A DNA stretch of 63,509 nt, counting the filler, from Atractiella rhizophila (taxonomy: Eukaryota): the NCBI GenBank assembly GCA_021432655.1. It is 7 parts of 7 records of this genome, joined end to end, with 100 filler letters (N's around TTAATTAATTAA, not from the genome) between each part and the next. Parts side by side here need not be neighbours in the genome. Positions count along the whole stretch, not along the records: positions 12,019 to 23,921 come from MU272022.1; 6 more parts are not named here. One strand, 5' to 3'. The stretch's first letter is position 1; every line of letters begins with the position of its first letter. Under the pieces are notes generated by a model. The model saw only the letters and a list, made by a program, of their open reading frames with translations. It did not search any database and was not told where the DNA came from. Below, one piece after another: positions 12,293-24,021 of the stretch. Made by a program: the position numbers and the translations under genes.

Positions 12293-12627
12293 TATCTTGG
12301 TTTGTCAAGACATAACACACAGAGGAGGTGCTGACGAGCATATGAGGGCTTTCCATCAGACTCTGCTCAGGACTCAAGCGATAGATTGACTTGTGAGGCA
12401 GAGGTTCCTACCTTCGAGCCATCAGCTTCTGTGTGATGGATTTTGCCTCTGAGATCCAGCTGCACAAGGGTAGCTCCCTTTCCTATCTTGGTTTGTCAGG
12501 ACATAACCATGTAGGGGGTTCAAGCTCCTGTCATGAGGATCTTTGTCCCCAGTCAGGCAGATTGACTTGCAAGGTAGAGGTTACTACCTCTGAGAGTTCA
12601 AATCCTCATGATAGGTCCTTACTACAT
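12293..12627. ncRNA. Two tandem copies of a putative structured RNA motif (unclassified)
   Basis: Conserved block A TATCTTGGTTTGTCARGACATAAC (12293, 12484) and block B AGATTGACTTGYRAGGYAGAGGTTMCTACCT (12383, 12559). Each B block is enclosed by a stem whose sequence differs between copies. Confidence 0.4.
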
Positions 12628-13339
12628 CTCCTCACAAGTGAGGGAGGATTACAAGTGCTTTAGGCGATGTTTTGTTGTGATTTCCTCAGACTCAATCATT
12701 GTCGCTCACTTGTTGTTATAAAGACCTTTTTGAGCCTGACACATGTACAGATGGAGGCAGAGGCGATGAAGCCAACTTCCTTCTGAAGTCTGGGAGGGCC
12801 TGTTCGCTCAGCGCTGCCTCGCCTCAGTTTTACATCCAAGGATGGAGATATTTTTTCTTTTCGTCAATGAAGACACATCTTCCCCCCAATGGGTTCGATG
12901 TAAAGGCTTCTCCTGAGTGAGATCCATCTCACGATCACCTCTAGAAGTGTCTATTGCCAATGTCTCTACGACCTCTTATGAGATGGATGTTACAGCATTC
13001 GGATTACCCCGCCGATTCCTGCTGAGCATACCCGCATCGTCCGGTAGGGTTTTGTGTCCCCCTGACGTGATGACCCCAAGATAAATAGCAAGGTTCCAGC
13101 ACGATCTCTTTACAGGGGCAAACATCTAAGTGTCCCCATTATGCTCAGTAAGTCTCTCGTCAACACCAGCTTCGGGGTGTCCTCGTCGCCAGCTCATCGG
13201 GCGACCGGTTTGGGTGATTCGTTTGTCTTTCATGTCTAGCCTTTCTGCTTTCGCCAGGAGTGTTTTGCCTTTGGTTCTTTTGCATGGTACTTTGTATCTG
13301 TAAACAGCTTTCATTCATTCAGAATCACTACGGAGTTTT

Positions 13340-14333
13340 TTATTCCATCTTGTCATCATCATCCCTGACTTCTTGTCTCTTCCTTTTGCCGATGGCCCTC
13401 TGGGTATCATCGAATTGCCATGCCGCGTGAGACAGGCTCTTCATCTTGAAGATCTCATCATTCCTGATGCAGTCAATTGTGACAACCATCGCAGCATATG
13501 TGTCCACCATTGCGTTATGGTTGTGCGTGAGCTCCCAGTCTGTAATTTCCTTGAAGAGAGTAGCAAGCTTCTGGGGCCAAGGATACTTCTCATATCGGGT
13601 GTTTCTGAGTTTGAGGAGCTGGTAGGGGTCAAAGACCTTCCTCTCGTATGGGTTGAGGTCCACCTCGATTTCTTGGAATTCTCTCATGAGGATGGGCCAG
13701 CCGAATTCCTTTATGTTATAACCAAAGAGTCCGGATGATTTCTTTGTGAAGTGGAGCAGTCGAGTGTCCTTGAAAGTGGCACACCACATGATGTCCTTGC
13801 CATAGATCCCGTGCACATCACTGGCTGGTTTGAGGATGACAAGGTCAGGAAAGACCGTATGTTGAAGGAGAAGTGGCAATCGTGGTGCTTGGGGAGTACA
13901 ATGAGGCCTATCTCAACGATATGTCGCTGAGGGTGCGCAGTCTCGTGGTCTCCAGGTCGATGCAGATGACAAAGTCTTTCCACCTCAGTCCCATTGATGT
14001 GGTGTACTTGACAAGTTTTCTATATCCATCCCAAGGGTGTGTGTCGCCTTGGTTGAGTGGCCTGACGTCCATGGCCTGTTCAAAGTAGCAACAGAAGAGG
14101 TTCTGGCTGCGCGAGTTGAGTCCGTCAAGGTCGAGTGTGTCAACGGCCTCTGGGAGGTCCTCTACGAGGGTGCTGCGTAAGGAGAATCTAAAGGCGTCGT
14201 CTGCCGATTTCGTCGCAAAGCGAAATGCTTCTTCAATATGGTTCTGGAGGGTCCTTGCTCTTGTGTGGTAAGACATGATTTCTTTTTTGGTTTTCTGTTT
14301 GGCAATTTTATCAGCCTTTATTCGTCTGGGCAT
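13340..14333 (-). pseudogene. DEDDh (DnaQ/Pol III epsilon-like) 3'-5' exonuclease, intronless, two frameshifts
   Basis: ExoI VICIDLETT, then HIVEIGLIV, ASDVHGI, ExoII GYNIKEF[G] (Asp replaced), VFDPYQL and ExoIII HNAMVDTYA, spread over ORFs 13908-14333, 13711-13983 and 13340-13879. Confidence 0.8.
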
Positions 14334-14410
14334 AGTTTAGAGGTTCAATCATTGTATTAGTTTTCTGAGGAGTTCTTCCTATACAGATATCATATGCATA
14401 TCTATTAGAT

Positions 14411-15260
14411 TCAGTAGCCCTTGGCTTTTCTAGCTCTGTATACAGCAACGCGTAATTTGGGGGTAGCTTGAAGCATATTTTTGTTCTTTCAGAGATTGAT
14501 GGAGGCATCTCAAGTTCTGTGGCAGTAGAGGCGAATTCATCCACTGGGGGACGAATCCTTTCCCTTTCTGTAAATGGGTTCGACTCCACTTTGAAGAGGA
14601 GTGGGAGGATATCTTTCTTATTCTCCTTCTCTTCTAGATAGTGCAGGCGATCCTTGTGCCTGACCATAGATAGTTGTGAGCTTATGATCTTGAGGGGGTG
14701 TCCTCTACGTTGGAGGTATACTGTGAAGAGTGAGATCATCTGGTCAAATTCTTTGATACTCGAGCATGCCCTAACATATCTGATGGCTTCTCCTTTGATG
14801 AACTCAGTCTTCTTTTTGTGCTCGTGGTATGAGTGAAAGGGAAGGTACAGGTACTGATTCACCTTCGTTTGAAAGATCTTGGTGGCCAGTCGTCCATGAG
14901 AGGACAATTCCTTGTCCTTTATAGGTGGTGAGATCAAGAAAGTCCACAGACTCGGTGGACATATCGTGTGTGTGACTTATCGTGGGGTTCAAAGAGTTGT
15001 ACTCGTTGACAAAGGCTTCTGCTTGATCCCATGTTCCAAGGATGAGGACAAATATGTCAATCGATATATGTCTTGAAGAGTATGAGTTTGTTGGTAGAGA
15101 GCCAGCGTTCGACAAGGTCCATCTCGAGCAGGTGTAGGTACAGATTCACATACTGGACCGCGACTGGAGTCCCCATGGCAGTGCCATTCTTCTGTTGGTA
15201 GCACCTGCCTTGAAACTGGACGTAGGTCTGTTGCAGCACGAATCGTAGCTCCTCCGGATC
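14411..15260 (-). mobile_element. Penelope-like element (PLE)-type reverse transcriptase, 5'-truncated, frameshifted
   Basis: YVQFQGRCYQQKNGTAMGTPVAVQYVNLYL, YID(+1 nt)DIF, SVDFLDL, YLYLPFHSYH...FIKGEAIRYVRACS...YLQRRGHP and ICFKLPP. No GIY-YIG domain follows. Confidence 0.85.
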
Positions 15261-16049
15261 CCAGACAATGGAGGAAGCAAGGGATAACCAGTTAGACGTC
15301 GTGCAGCGAATCTCTCTTTCATTTACAATAAGCAGCACAGGAATTGATAATTGATAGTCCTCTCAAGTCGCAACTTCGCATTGTTCTTGAGCTTTCAAGA
15401 TGCCATCCTTTCATTGAATATACCTCACCCTTCACTCTGTTTGTCTCTCTTCTTTTACCGGTCTTGCTGTTCTTTCAGGCTTTGTGGATGTCTCAGCGAC
15501 GATCAAATAGAACATCAAAGCACTCGCGTCGTTACTTGCTTCATAAGTGTACATTGCTCGGAATGCAACTCCTTGGCCCCCATCCCAAGTTACGTTATCA
15601 TTTAGCTAGTAGAAACTCAGAATAAGACACTTGAAGAATAGTAAGAGGGATCGGCGCGCACCAGTAGCGAATGGGAGAGCACCAGAGTGATGTTCAACAT
15701 GCGAGATGTCCCACAGAACTTTTCAAAAGTTCTGTGGGGTGTCATATCATTGCTAGCGCCTGCATGGTCCTCCTTCATTCACATTCCCTGTGTTTGTGTT
15801 TTGTCCCAATGTGGTGATGATACTCTCTTTCAGTTCTTTCCTTCTTCCTTGTATCTTTAACCTTGCTCCTAAGAACCCCCAAATTTTCAGGCTAACTTGA
15901 TGTGTCAAAGAGATATTGCACTTAGAAAGAATTCATTGCTATAGAGATCTATTAGTACATGTCAATCCCACGTTGGAAATTCCATAGACCCATAATATCA
16001 TCGAAAATGAAGGTAACACAAACTTGATGTGAACCGAGGTAAGATGTGA

Positions 16050-17170
16050 TCATCCACGTGAATAAGGACTCGTAAGATCAGCGAGAGTTTCTTGTCTCAG
16101 CAATAGCCTTGCCGCTTTTCCCACCATGGCTTTGGGGTGCTCTTTTTCCATATACACCTCAGTCAATCCCACAATAGTTCCAGCTTCTTCCCACTCTCCC
16201 AGCTTGATGTTGGCCATGCCTGGAGCATTAAGCCTAAAATAACGATTAAGTCTCTGATTTCGCTTTAATGTCTTGCTGACATTCTCCGTTGTAATGTCGC
16301 ATTCGGTAACCAATGAACTCATACTTTTTACAAGTTGTAGGTTGGATCCAACACCAGGTATAAGAGCTTCTTGACCTGTTCCCAGAGAGACTAAGCAGTG
16401 CAGTTGGCTGTCGTTCGCTAGAAGTTGGTCCTGGTCCAAAGCATAGTAGGTAGGATGGTTATAGCCCAAGCCTCCGTCGATGAAAGTTTGTGCGTTGATC
16501 ATGATGGGAGGAAAGAAAGTGGGTGCAGCTGAGGTTGCATGGGCAGCCTGATATGCCGTACATTTCCTATCGAGTCGAGTTGAGTTACTGAAGTTGGTAA
16601 ACATGTGTGCCGTCCTCACGTTCGCGCCATATTTTGCGACGACAAACATCTTGCAGAGTTCTTCGTGTCCTGGATCATACATATCAAAGTCAGCAGTTCC
16701 AGTAGGAGAGTGCTTTATGAAAATCTCCTTGATTGCTGTCTCGATATTCTCTGGTTTGAATTCGTAGGTTGGAACCATTAATCCAGCGCCAGCATTCCAT
16801 GCTTCGGATATTAGTGGGGTCGCTGGCATCTTCTTCGGAAAGATCTGACTAGAGAGATCGTGTAAGCATCGATGCACTCGTCTACCGCCATTCCAAGTCG
16901 TGCGAGCATAAGAGCTATGAGACTGCCTGTCGAAGTTCCCCCAATGATTTCGAAAAAGTCACAAGGCCTGAGACTTCCCCGAAGACTGTGCCTCAAGTAT
17001 TCCGGCGCTGACAAGATGATCTTCAATTTTGGCCATGATGACTCCTCCCCCATCCAGAGTAAGCAACGGACAAGTTCCTGTTCCTTCGTGTTCAGTTCAA
17101 GCCAGGAAAGAGGATTTCTTTACGAACAACTCGAAGACGGCTCAATAGGGAGGGATTCATTTACACTTCC
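16050..17170 (-). pseudogene. Patatin-like phospholipase (PNPLA8/iPLA2-gamma-like), frameshifted, intronless
   Basis: LLTLDGGGV, PCDFFEIIGGTSTGSLIALML (GxSxG), AAHATSAAPTFF, FIDGGLGYNHP (DGG) and VSLGTG, spread over three frames. Confidence 0.85.
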
Positions 17171-17422
17171 TATAAAAAGGGATTATACATCAAGTGAGTT
17201 CTAACGACTTTACCCTGAGCATTATGGTGGATGGGAATAGTGGTCATGAACAGGAAGATGTTGTCAAGTACCGAAAAAGAAGTCTTCATTCCATATTTTG
17301 ACAGCGCAATGAGACAACATGTACAGCAAATGATGGGAAAAAGTACGGATGGTATCTGAATGGCCAAGCAGAGCTTCGTATGAAGGGACAGGGTAGAGGT
17401 ATTCACAGAACAGAGTTCATTT

Positions 17423-17706
17423 GCTCATCAGTAGGATGGCTCAAAGATGCTAGAGCCCAGATCCAATACAGGAAAATCATAAAGGGTATTGGGATGCAGA
17501 ACAGCTTGTAAAACAGGTGTACCTCTTCTTTCCTCTATCTGCTGTCTGTCTCAATTTTTCTGTAGGTTGAGGAGAAATTTATCCCTGCTTCCGAAGCAGC
17601 ACATGCCGGTAGTGATCAAGCTTTGGTCATGTTTGACAACTCATCAAATCATGGCACCTTTGCAAAAGATACCCTGATTGCAACAAATATGAACCTGAAT
17701 TCTGGT
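17423..17706 (+). mobile_element. Fungal DDE (Tc1/IS630-like) transposase fragment
   Basis: KGYWDAEQLVKQ [intron] VEEKFIPASEAAH...ALVMFDNSSNHGTFAKDTLIATNMNLNSG, which resembles a common fungal DDE-family motif. Confidence 0.6.
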
Positions 17707-18994
17707 TTGTCCTTATAATATCTGAGAAATTTACTAAATGAAACTCAACATCCATAAAAATGATGCAAGTTTATGTCTGGCTACAATGTCCTACTGATGC
17801 CATTAGTTTTTCAGACCTCTCTACAACCTTATACAACTATTCCTGTAGATACAATCACTGGAATCAATAGGAACGATTTGAAAAAGTATTGCCTGGAGGT
17901 AGCAACGAACAAAAAGATTTGGTACATATCCCTAAGGTCAGAGGAGGAGCTCTATGGGTGGCAGAAGAAGAGTGGGTGGAAGCTGGAGTCTAAGACAGCT
18001 AGGAACCAGAGGAAGGTGAAGGAGAGAGCCGCAAAGAAGAAGGCGGAGGAAGCGGAGAAGAATCGACAGATGGCCACATGCCATGCAGATTTGGAGAAAG
18101 CGGCTGCATTAATGAAGGAGGCGGAGTCACTTAAGAAAGGAGTGGCTATGGAAGAGGCTGCCGTCAGGTTGGATGACGCAAAGAATGGGAAGAAGGATAA
18201 GAAGGCGGAGAAGGGGGAGAAGGCAGCAGATATGGAACGGTAAACTTGTGGGTTATGAACAACATGTACTGATTTTCTGCACAGTTTGAGTTCACAGACG
18301 AAGACAAAGATGTAGCACTCCGTTACCTTTTGGACCCTGACAACTACGAGAACTTTCGGAAAAATCAGAACAATGAGTCGTACGAGGTAGGCTTTCCCCA
18401 CTGCAGGTGAAAGTGATTCAGTTGATGAACGGGAATAGGCAGCCAAGCTCGTCAATAGAGCTTACGGAAGAAGAGTGTGCCCTTTTTCACATGTCAAGGA
18501 GTTGTACATGGAGACCCGCAAGCTCTGGTTTGATACGAGGGAAGCTTTGGAGAGGCACACGGGAGGTGGAGATGGGGAGGACATTGATGTTGATGGAGAA
18601 GACTTGGGGGAAGAGGTGAGCATGATCCTGGGTTGACACGCATGTATTCAAGCACTGCTCATCATGGGCAATAGGCTGATGATGTCGGGATCCCAGCAGA
18701 ACATGGATTGCAGCGTAAACGGGCAAAGGAAGTCCTTTGTGCTCGAAAGAAGCTGCGTGGCCGGATGCTTGACTTTTATGATGGACCATTATGGGAATTG
18801 GTTGAAAAGTAAGTTTTAGTGTTGTGTACTTACAACTTTCTCACAGAGCAACCAGTTCTGGCACAGTCCATGACCTTGAGCATGAAGTCAACTTCACAAG
18901 CACTAATTTTACCATTCGTACTGTCTGAAATCCAATCATCCATCGCAGTTTCACCCGAATTTGGTGACTTCACATTTATTGAGGTATCATAACG

Positions 18995-19576
18995 CTACGA
19001 AACGCAACATTCGCCAATTCCAACCGTCGTCTTCCTCAACGAGAGGACTTCGAACAAAGAGACATCTTAGGCTTCGCTAACTTGGGAGCGACAATAAAAA
19101 CGTACCCTCTTGGTTCCGAGCTTCTATTTCCCCCATAATTTCTGCCGCCCCTACCCTTACCAAGTTGCCTTAAAACCAGGCGACATCATCAGCCTTTGAT
19201 AACTTGGCAGCGAAACACAAACGTACCTTCTTGGTTTTGAGCCTCTATTTCTAGAGCTTCTATTTCTCTCATAACTTCTCCCGCCTCCGCTCTCACCAAG
19301 CCACCTTTGAGATTAGGTGACATCATTAGTCTGCTAACTTGGAGCCAAAAATTGAAATGTACCATCTTGCTTCGGATTTTCTATTTCTCGCAAAATGTCT
19401 GCCCTCCTCTTCACAATATCTCTAGCAGGTAGCATCTCCTTGGTCGACGGGTTGAGCAAACCAGTTTTCAGACTATCCCAGGTAAATAGTAGGATTCTCC
19501 CAGTCGGAGAGACCCGGTAGACATAGACTCCTTCAGGAGCCGTGGAGATGCTCAGTTTTTCTAATCTAGCGCTCAT
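18995..19576 (-). CDS. Small lineage-specific protein built from tandemly duplicated exon-intron units
   Basis: Three related exons end in REIENPKQDG, REIEALEIEAQNQEG and GEIEARNQEG. Each is followed by a GTACRT donor and a related intron of about 60 nt. Confidence 0.45.
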
Positions 19577-19717
19577 TAATAGATGAACGTGCGTCTGGTC
19601 AGCACATTCCTTGCATTCTATCCATGTCGGTCAGACTTCGAGCTCAAAGTGGAACTGTAAGGAGGACTGCCATATCCTAGCTTTCCTTTGAACTACTCTT
19701 ATATCTCCCAGCAAAGG

Positions 19718-19872
19718 CCGTTTGATCCAGCGTATTCACGAAACTGACAGTGAACTTCCATTTGATCCAGCATATGTGAAAACCCACCGTTTGATCCAAC
19801 GCACCCATGAAACCGATGCCTTTTGATCCAGTGTATGCGTGAAACCACCGTTTGATCCAGCGTATTCGAAAT
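19718..19872. repeat. Degenerate tandem repeat, 5 units of about 27-40 bp
   Basis: Core CCNTTTGATCCARYGYA...GAAA, which reads PFDPAY in one frame. Confidence 0.75.
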
Positions 19873-21442
19873 TGTATAAGCATCGACTCAAAGCATAACC
19901 AGTTTATGCCCTTCTATGTGCCTTTCTAATGCTATCCAGCACCCTTTGCAATCTAGCGTCTCCTGTCTAGCTACAATCAAATAGGCCGTCGGCGCTAGAA
20001 TGCGGATATCACAGAATATTACAAATGTTGGATGAAGGTGTCTCTCTTAAATCAAGCGAGTACATCACTCCCGGAAGGTCTGTTCAACCCAAGCACATTG
20101 GCTCTTGTACCTATTGCATTGCTGCCTGTAATGCTGTACCCTTTCTCAGGAACGACAGAACTCATATATGAGGTTACCGTGCACCTTCCTTTTGTGCCGG
20201 TAATCCCCCAACCCTGTATGACCAACCTAAGCTGCACCACTAGGCAAGGAAGCTCTGCCATCATCTTGAAAGTCTTGGTGGATGAGAGTCCTTCCCTCGC
20301 TTTGGTGTGATGTTTGGCTACGCGGTTGGCGAAGATCAAGCTTCCCCAACAGTTTATAAGGAAACAGAAAGAGGACGACGAAGCTGAGGCATCATTCGTC
20401 TGAGCTAGATCAGAAAATATATTGTCATTCACCTGCGCTAGATCAAACAGTCATTTATGGATACGTGGCATCAAGCTCACTTCTTGTGGCCACCCTGGTT
20501 GGGTTTTGATTGTGATTGTCTAATCAATTACATCAAAGAAGCAAGACTTAACTGCTGGTCACCGAAATGCATTCACAGCGCCAGAAATAGCGTTGGTACA
20601 CCTGCGGTGTTTAAACCCCGGTAGCAGCATTTGTGTTAAATCATGCACATTGATCTAGGTCAAAGTTGCTGTTAGTTCTGCGAAACTCAAGGTCAACGTC
20701 TTGGCCCCCATCCGTTTGATGCCTTGGGCAGGCATCCTCTAGAATGGCGCTCGATTAGACTACTCTATATGCCAGAAAAATTGTCCTTACGTTCAGCCTA
20801 ATTTCATAGGGGATACCCACTGGCCATATTTCTTCAGAAGATGTCTGATTAGGTTGGGCTCCAACAATTAGGATAACAATTATGTGTAGGTTCAAGAAAA
20901 CATTTAGACAGACCATGGAACTTTGATGTTCGACACTTACCCGTATACATGAACGTTCGGGGTAATCAGGAGAACTATGTCCCAACGATCAACACATGGA
21001 GGAATAGCGAATGAAGGATATACCAGCGATGTGAAATGTGGTTTCTGGAAAGAGAGCAAGAGAACAAGTTCAAGAAGACGAAGGGAAGCGGTGACAACGT
21101 TGGTCACGATGGCAGAGTAAATTATCCGGTGCAGTGTCAGTGTCACACAAGTTTCCCCGCCAGTAGAAAAGACGAACTCGAAGGACGGTGGTGTTGTTGG
21201 TCTGGTGGGTCTGTCGATGCAAATCAGAGAGAAGAGGAGGCTTACAGATGAATTGTAGTCACCTCTCGCCAAGCAGTGCTTCCTGAGAGCGAGAACAAAG
21301 AAAAAACACAGAATACAGTTGAGTGAAGCCGATACAGCGAGTTCGACCGAAGCGCCCTCAATGGGCTCATTACATCATCCATTGGAACGATTATCACTCA
21401 CTAGGAATCATAGATGGAATCCACTTGTTGCCTTTCCACAAA

Positions 21443-22045
21443 CTAGTTGATGCCTTTACCAGAAGTCAAAAGTGCGTTTTATGACTCATGCCAAGAACAC
21501 CTCGTTCCTTGGGCATCCCCCGCCGCCAGGGGCTTTGCCCCTTGGACCCCAGCCTCTGGCGGCAACTGCGTCGAGCTCTTGCCACTGGCAGCCACTGAAT
21601 GGGGCCTCGCCTTCAGCGAGCACATATGTAGATGGGTTTTGGTATGAATCTGTATGATTTCATTATAGGTCTACATTCATCCAATTGTCAAAATTCAAAA
21701 CTTCTCTATACACTGTATTTTCCGTCCTCCTATTCTCTATCCCTTGCACTTGGTGTAAATAAACTCCAAGATTCTTAGCGTTCGAAACGCTAGAAAGTCC
21801 TACGTAAAGTTGCCCACATGCAAAAACTGGTGTGTCCAAATACAATCCAACAGTCTCCACCGGCTGGCCTTGTGACTTGTTGATGGTGAGACAGAAAGCC
21901 AATTTGACAGGGAATTGGAACTGGCGTAAGGTAAACGGGAATGAATTGGAGACCTTGCTATCCAATGCAATGTTGGGATGAGGACTGAGGTGCCCATGAA
22001 TCCGCCTGTAATGATGGTAGCCTCAATGACATGCGAGAGCAGCTA
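21443..22045 (-). mobile_element. Helitron 3' end (PIF1 helicase C-terminus + terminus)
   Basis: QFPVKLAFCLTINKSQGQ...VGLYLDTPVFACGQLYVGLS...TENTVYREVL, GC-rich hairpins, and a degenerate terminal hairpin followed by CTAG|T at 21443-21446. Confidence 0.9.
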
Positions 22046-22079
22046 GGTGATGAGCTCTCAGACAGCTTTCTGGAGAAAG

Positions 22080-23090
22080 AGTACCGCCAAGCTCTTCTTG
22101 ACTGTTACTACAAGTTGAGTGATTACCATTATTGATCTGCCCTCTCTCCATATTACATTTATACGATTAGTGTGTCATTTCTCAAGCCCCACAAAGCTTG
22201 CAACTAACAGATGTACGGAATAGTCTGTCATCATTTCTCAGTGTCTCTTTTCTTGATTCGTCTGTGTACGACTTGGAGCGAGAACAGATGGAGCAACATA
22301 AAAGGAACTTCATTGATCTCTTCCGCTACCACTACTGCAAAGTTCCCAGCACAACCATGCAACTCACTCCATCTCAACCGCACAAGCCGATGAAACAGAT
22401 CATGAATCTGAGAGCCAATTTTCTTGCTGCAATTGGGCACGGTCGGTCCAACACCAGGACCTGATGAGGACGTAGTAATGAGGGCGATCAACTTTTGTTT
22501 AGGCATGAGCCCTTACCATGGGAAGCGGATCCATTAGCATTTTGGAAGTAAGAGTCACCCTACAACTTGCGAAACCTTGGTCATTTCGCTCTAGACATCT
22601 TGAGTATTCCGGGTATGTTTTTCCATTTCTGGATATGTTTCTTATTTACCAATAGGTTGTGCTGTTGGGGTTGAGTGCATCTTCTCTGGCGCTCGAGATA
22701 CGATCGGCCTCCGGCGTTGTCGTTTGGATCCTGAAAGTATTCGTGATCTCATCATGCTTAAGACCACCGTGCGGGTCCAATGAGCTTCTCATCTTGCACA
22801 TCTACGGAGGGAGCTGAAGACGATGGAGGATGAGATTCTCAGAGGGGTTAAATTTATGGCTCAAAGGGAGAGTTGCAAAGATACTCACAACCAAAACTTA
22901 GAATGAATGAAATCATGGTACACTTGACCCGGAATCTGTCGTATCCTCCCGTTTCTTAGTCGTTCTCGTTCGTATTTGGGAATGGGAAACCGATTACGGT
23001 ATGATACGATACGAGTCAGCAACACGTACCAACACATACCGTCCGGAAGTGCTCCTCAGACGACGATACGGTACGATCCACTTCCATATA
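22080..23090 (+). mobile_element. hAT transposase relic (C-terminal dimerisation domain) with subterminal repeats
   Basis: DPLAFWK*...ALDILSIPG [intron] CAVGVECIFSGARDTIGLRRCRLDPESIRDLIMLK, and GATACG repeats at about 22995-23080. Confidence 0.8.
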
Positions 23091-23639
23091 TAAGTTGACC
23101 TTTGTTATTGTGATCATGCTGGTGTCAAAGGTTGACTCCCAGTCGCCCCACACTTTTCCCTTTCATGTCCACAAACAAAGAACAAAGCACAGACAAAGAC
23201 CGCGTGTCCGAATCGACTCCTTTCATCTTCGCCATAGTGCTTTATAACCCGTCTGCCAGTTTCGAGCTACTTTGCAGGTTATCTTAAAACATTACAATCC
23301 GCTTCAATTAACTTGAACGCTCAAGCAATACCATGTTGTCTTCATTCATCGTACGTTACTCGCTGTTGGTTCTTACCCGAATATCTGCTAATTATTGCGC
23401 AGGAGACTTACAGCTGGGATTTTTCTATTCCGGAACTGGAGAGGGAAGCGGATCTCCAACTTATTCAATCGCGTAAAGGGCGCTCAACTCTCTCCAACCC
23501 CGTCGACATGACTTTCGCCGAGGATGGATGGCAGGTTCGCTGGTCTCATCAAATTGCAATTCTTGCTCCTGACGCAAAGTTCGCTGCTTTGTTCATGACC
23601 TAGCTGAGGACAAGCCTTCAGTCGAAGAGAAGATACAAT

Positions 23640-23921
23640 CCTGCAGAAAAAATACGATGAGGCGGTCCATAGGGACTTTTCATCTAGGTCGGCTAGAAAG
23701 TTATACCAGTGCTCACGCTTGCGCGTTTTGACCGCACGACGAAAGGATTGTAAGGCACTTTGCCACACTGCATAGTCCCTTGCATCCTTTGTCTTCTGGA
23801 ATCTATTTCTTCGCTTCCCTGCCATAGCGCTTAGCTGGGAGAGCTCCTCGTCCCACCACCTTTTCGAAAACTTAGACACCTTCGCTTTGGACGTCGATGC
23901 TTCCAGCGTATTTTGGATTGA
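23640..23921 (-). mobile_element. LINE (Tad1-like) ORF2 fragment, EN-RT linker
   Basis: SKRWWDEELSQL...FRRAVKTRKREHWYNFLADLDEKSLWTASSY. Confidence 0.8.
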
Positions 23922-24021
23922 NNNNNNNNNNNNNNNNNNNNNNNNNNNNNNNNNNNNNNNNNNNNTTAATTAATTAANNNNNNNNNNNNNNNNNNNNNNN
24001 NNNNNNNNNNNNNNNNNNNNN
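23922..24021. other. Artificial contig linker
   Basis: N44-TTAATTAATTAA-N44. Confidence 0.98.

Noticed and set aside
12100..13340. Canonical hammerhead, twister, pistol or HDV ribozymes beside the PLE RT
   Set aside because: CTGACGA (12331) and minus-strand CTGAGGA (about 12685) lack stem II + GAAA. A twister-like stretch at 12503-12550 fails P2/P1 pairing. Kept only as an unclassified motif.
19718..19872. CRISPR-like repeat array
   Set aside because: Eukaryotic context, degenerate repeats, spacers too short and no cas genes.
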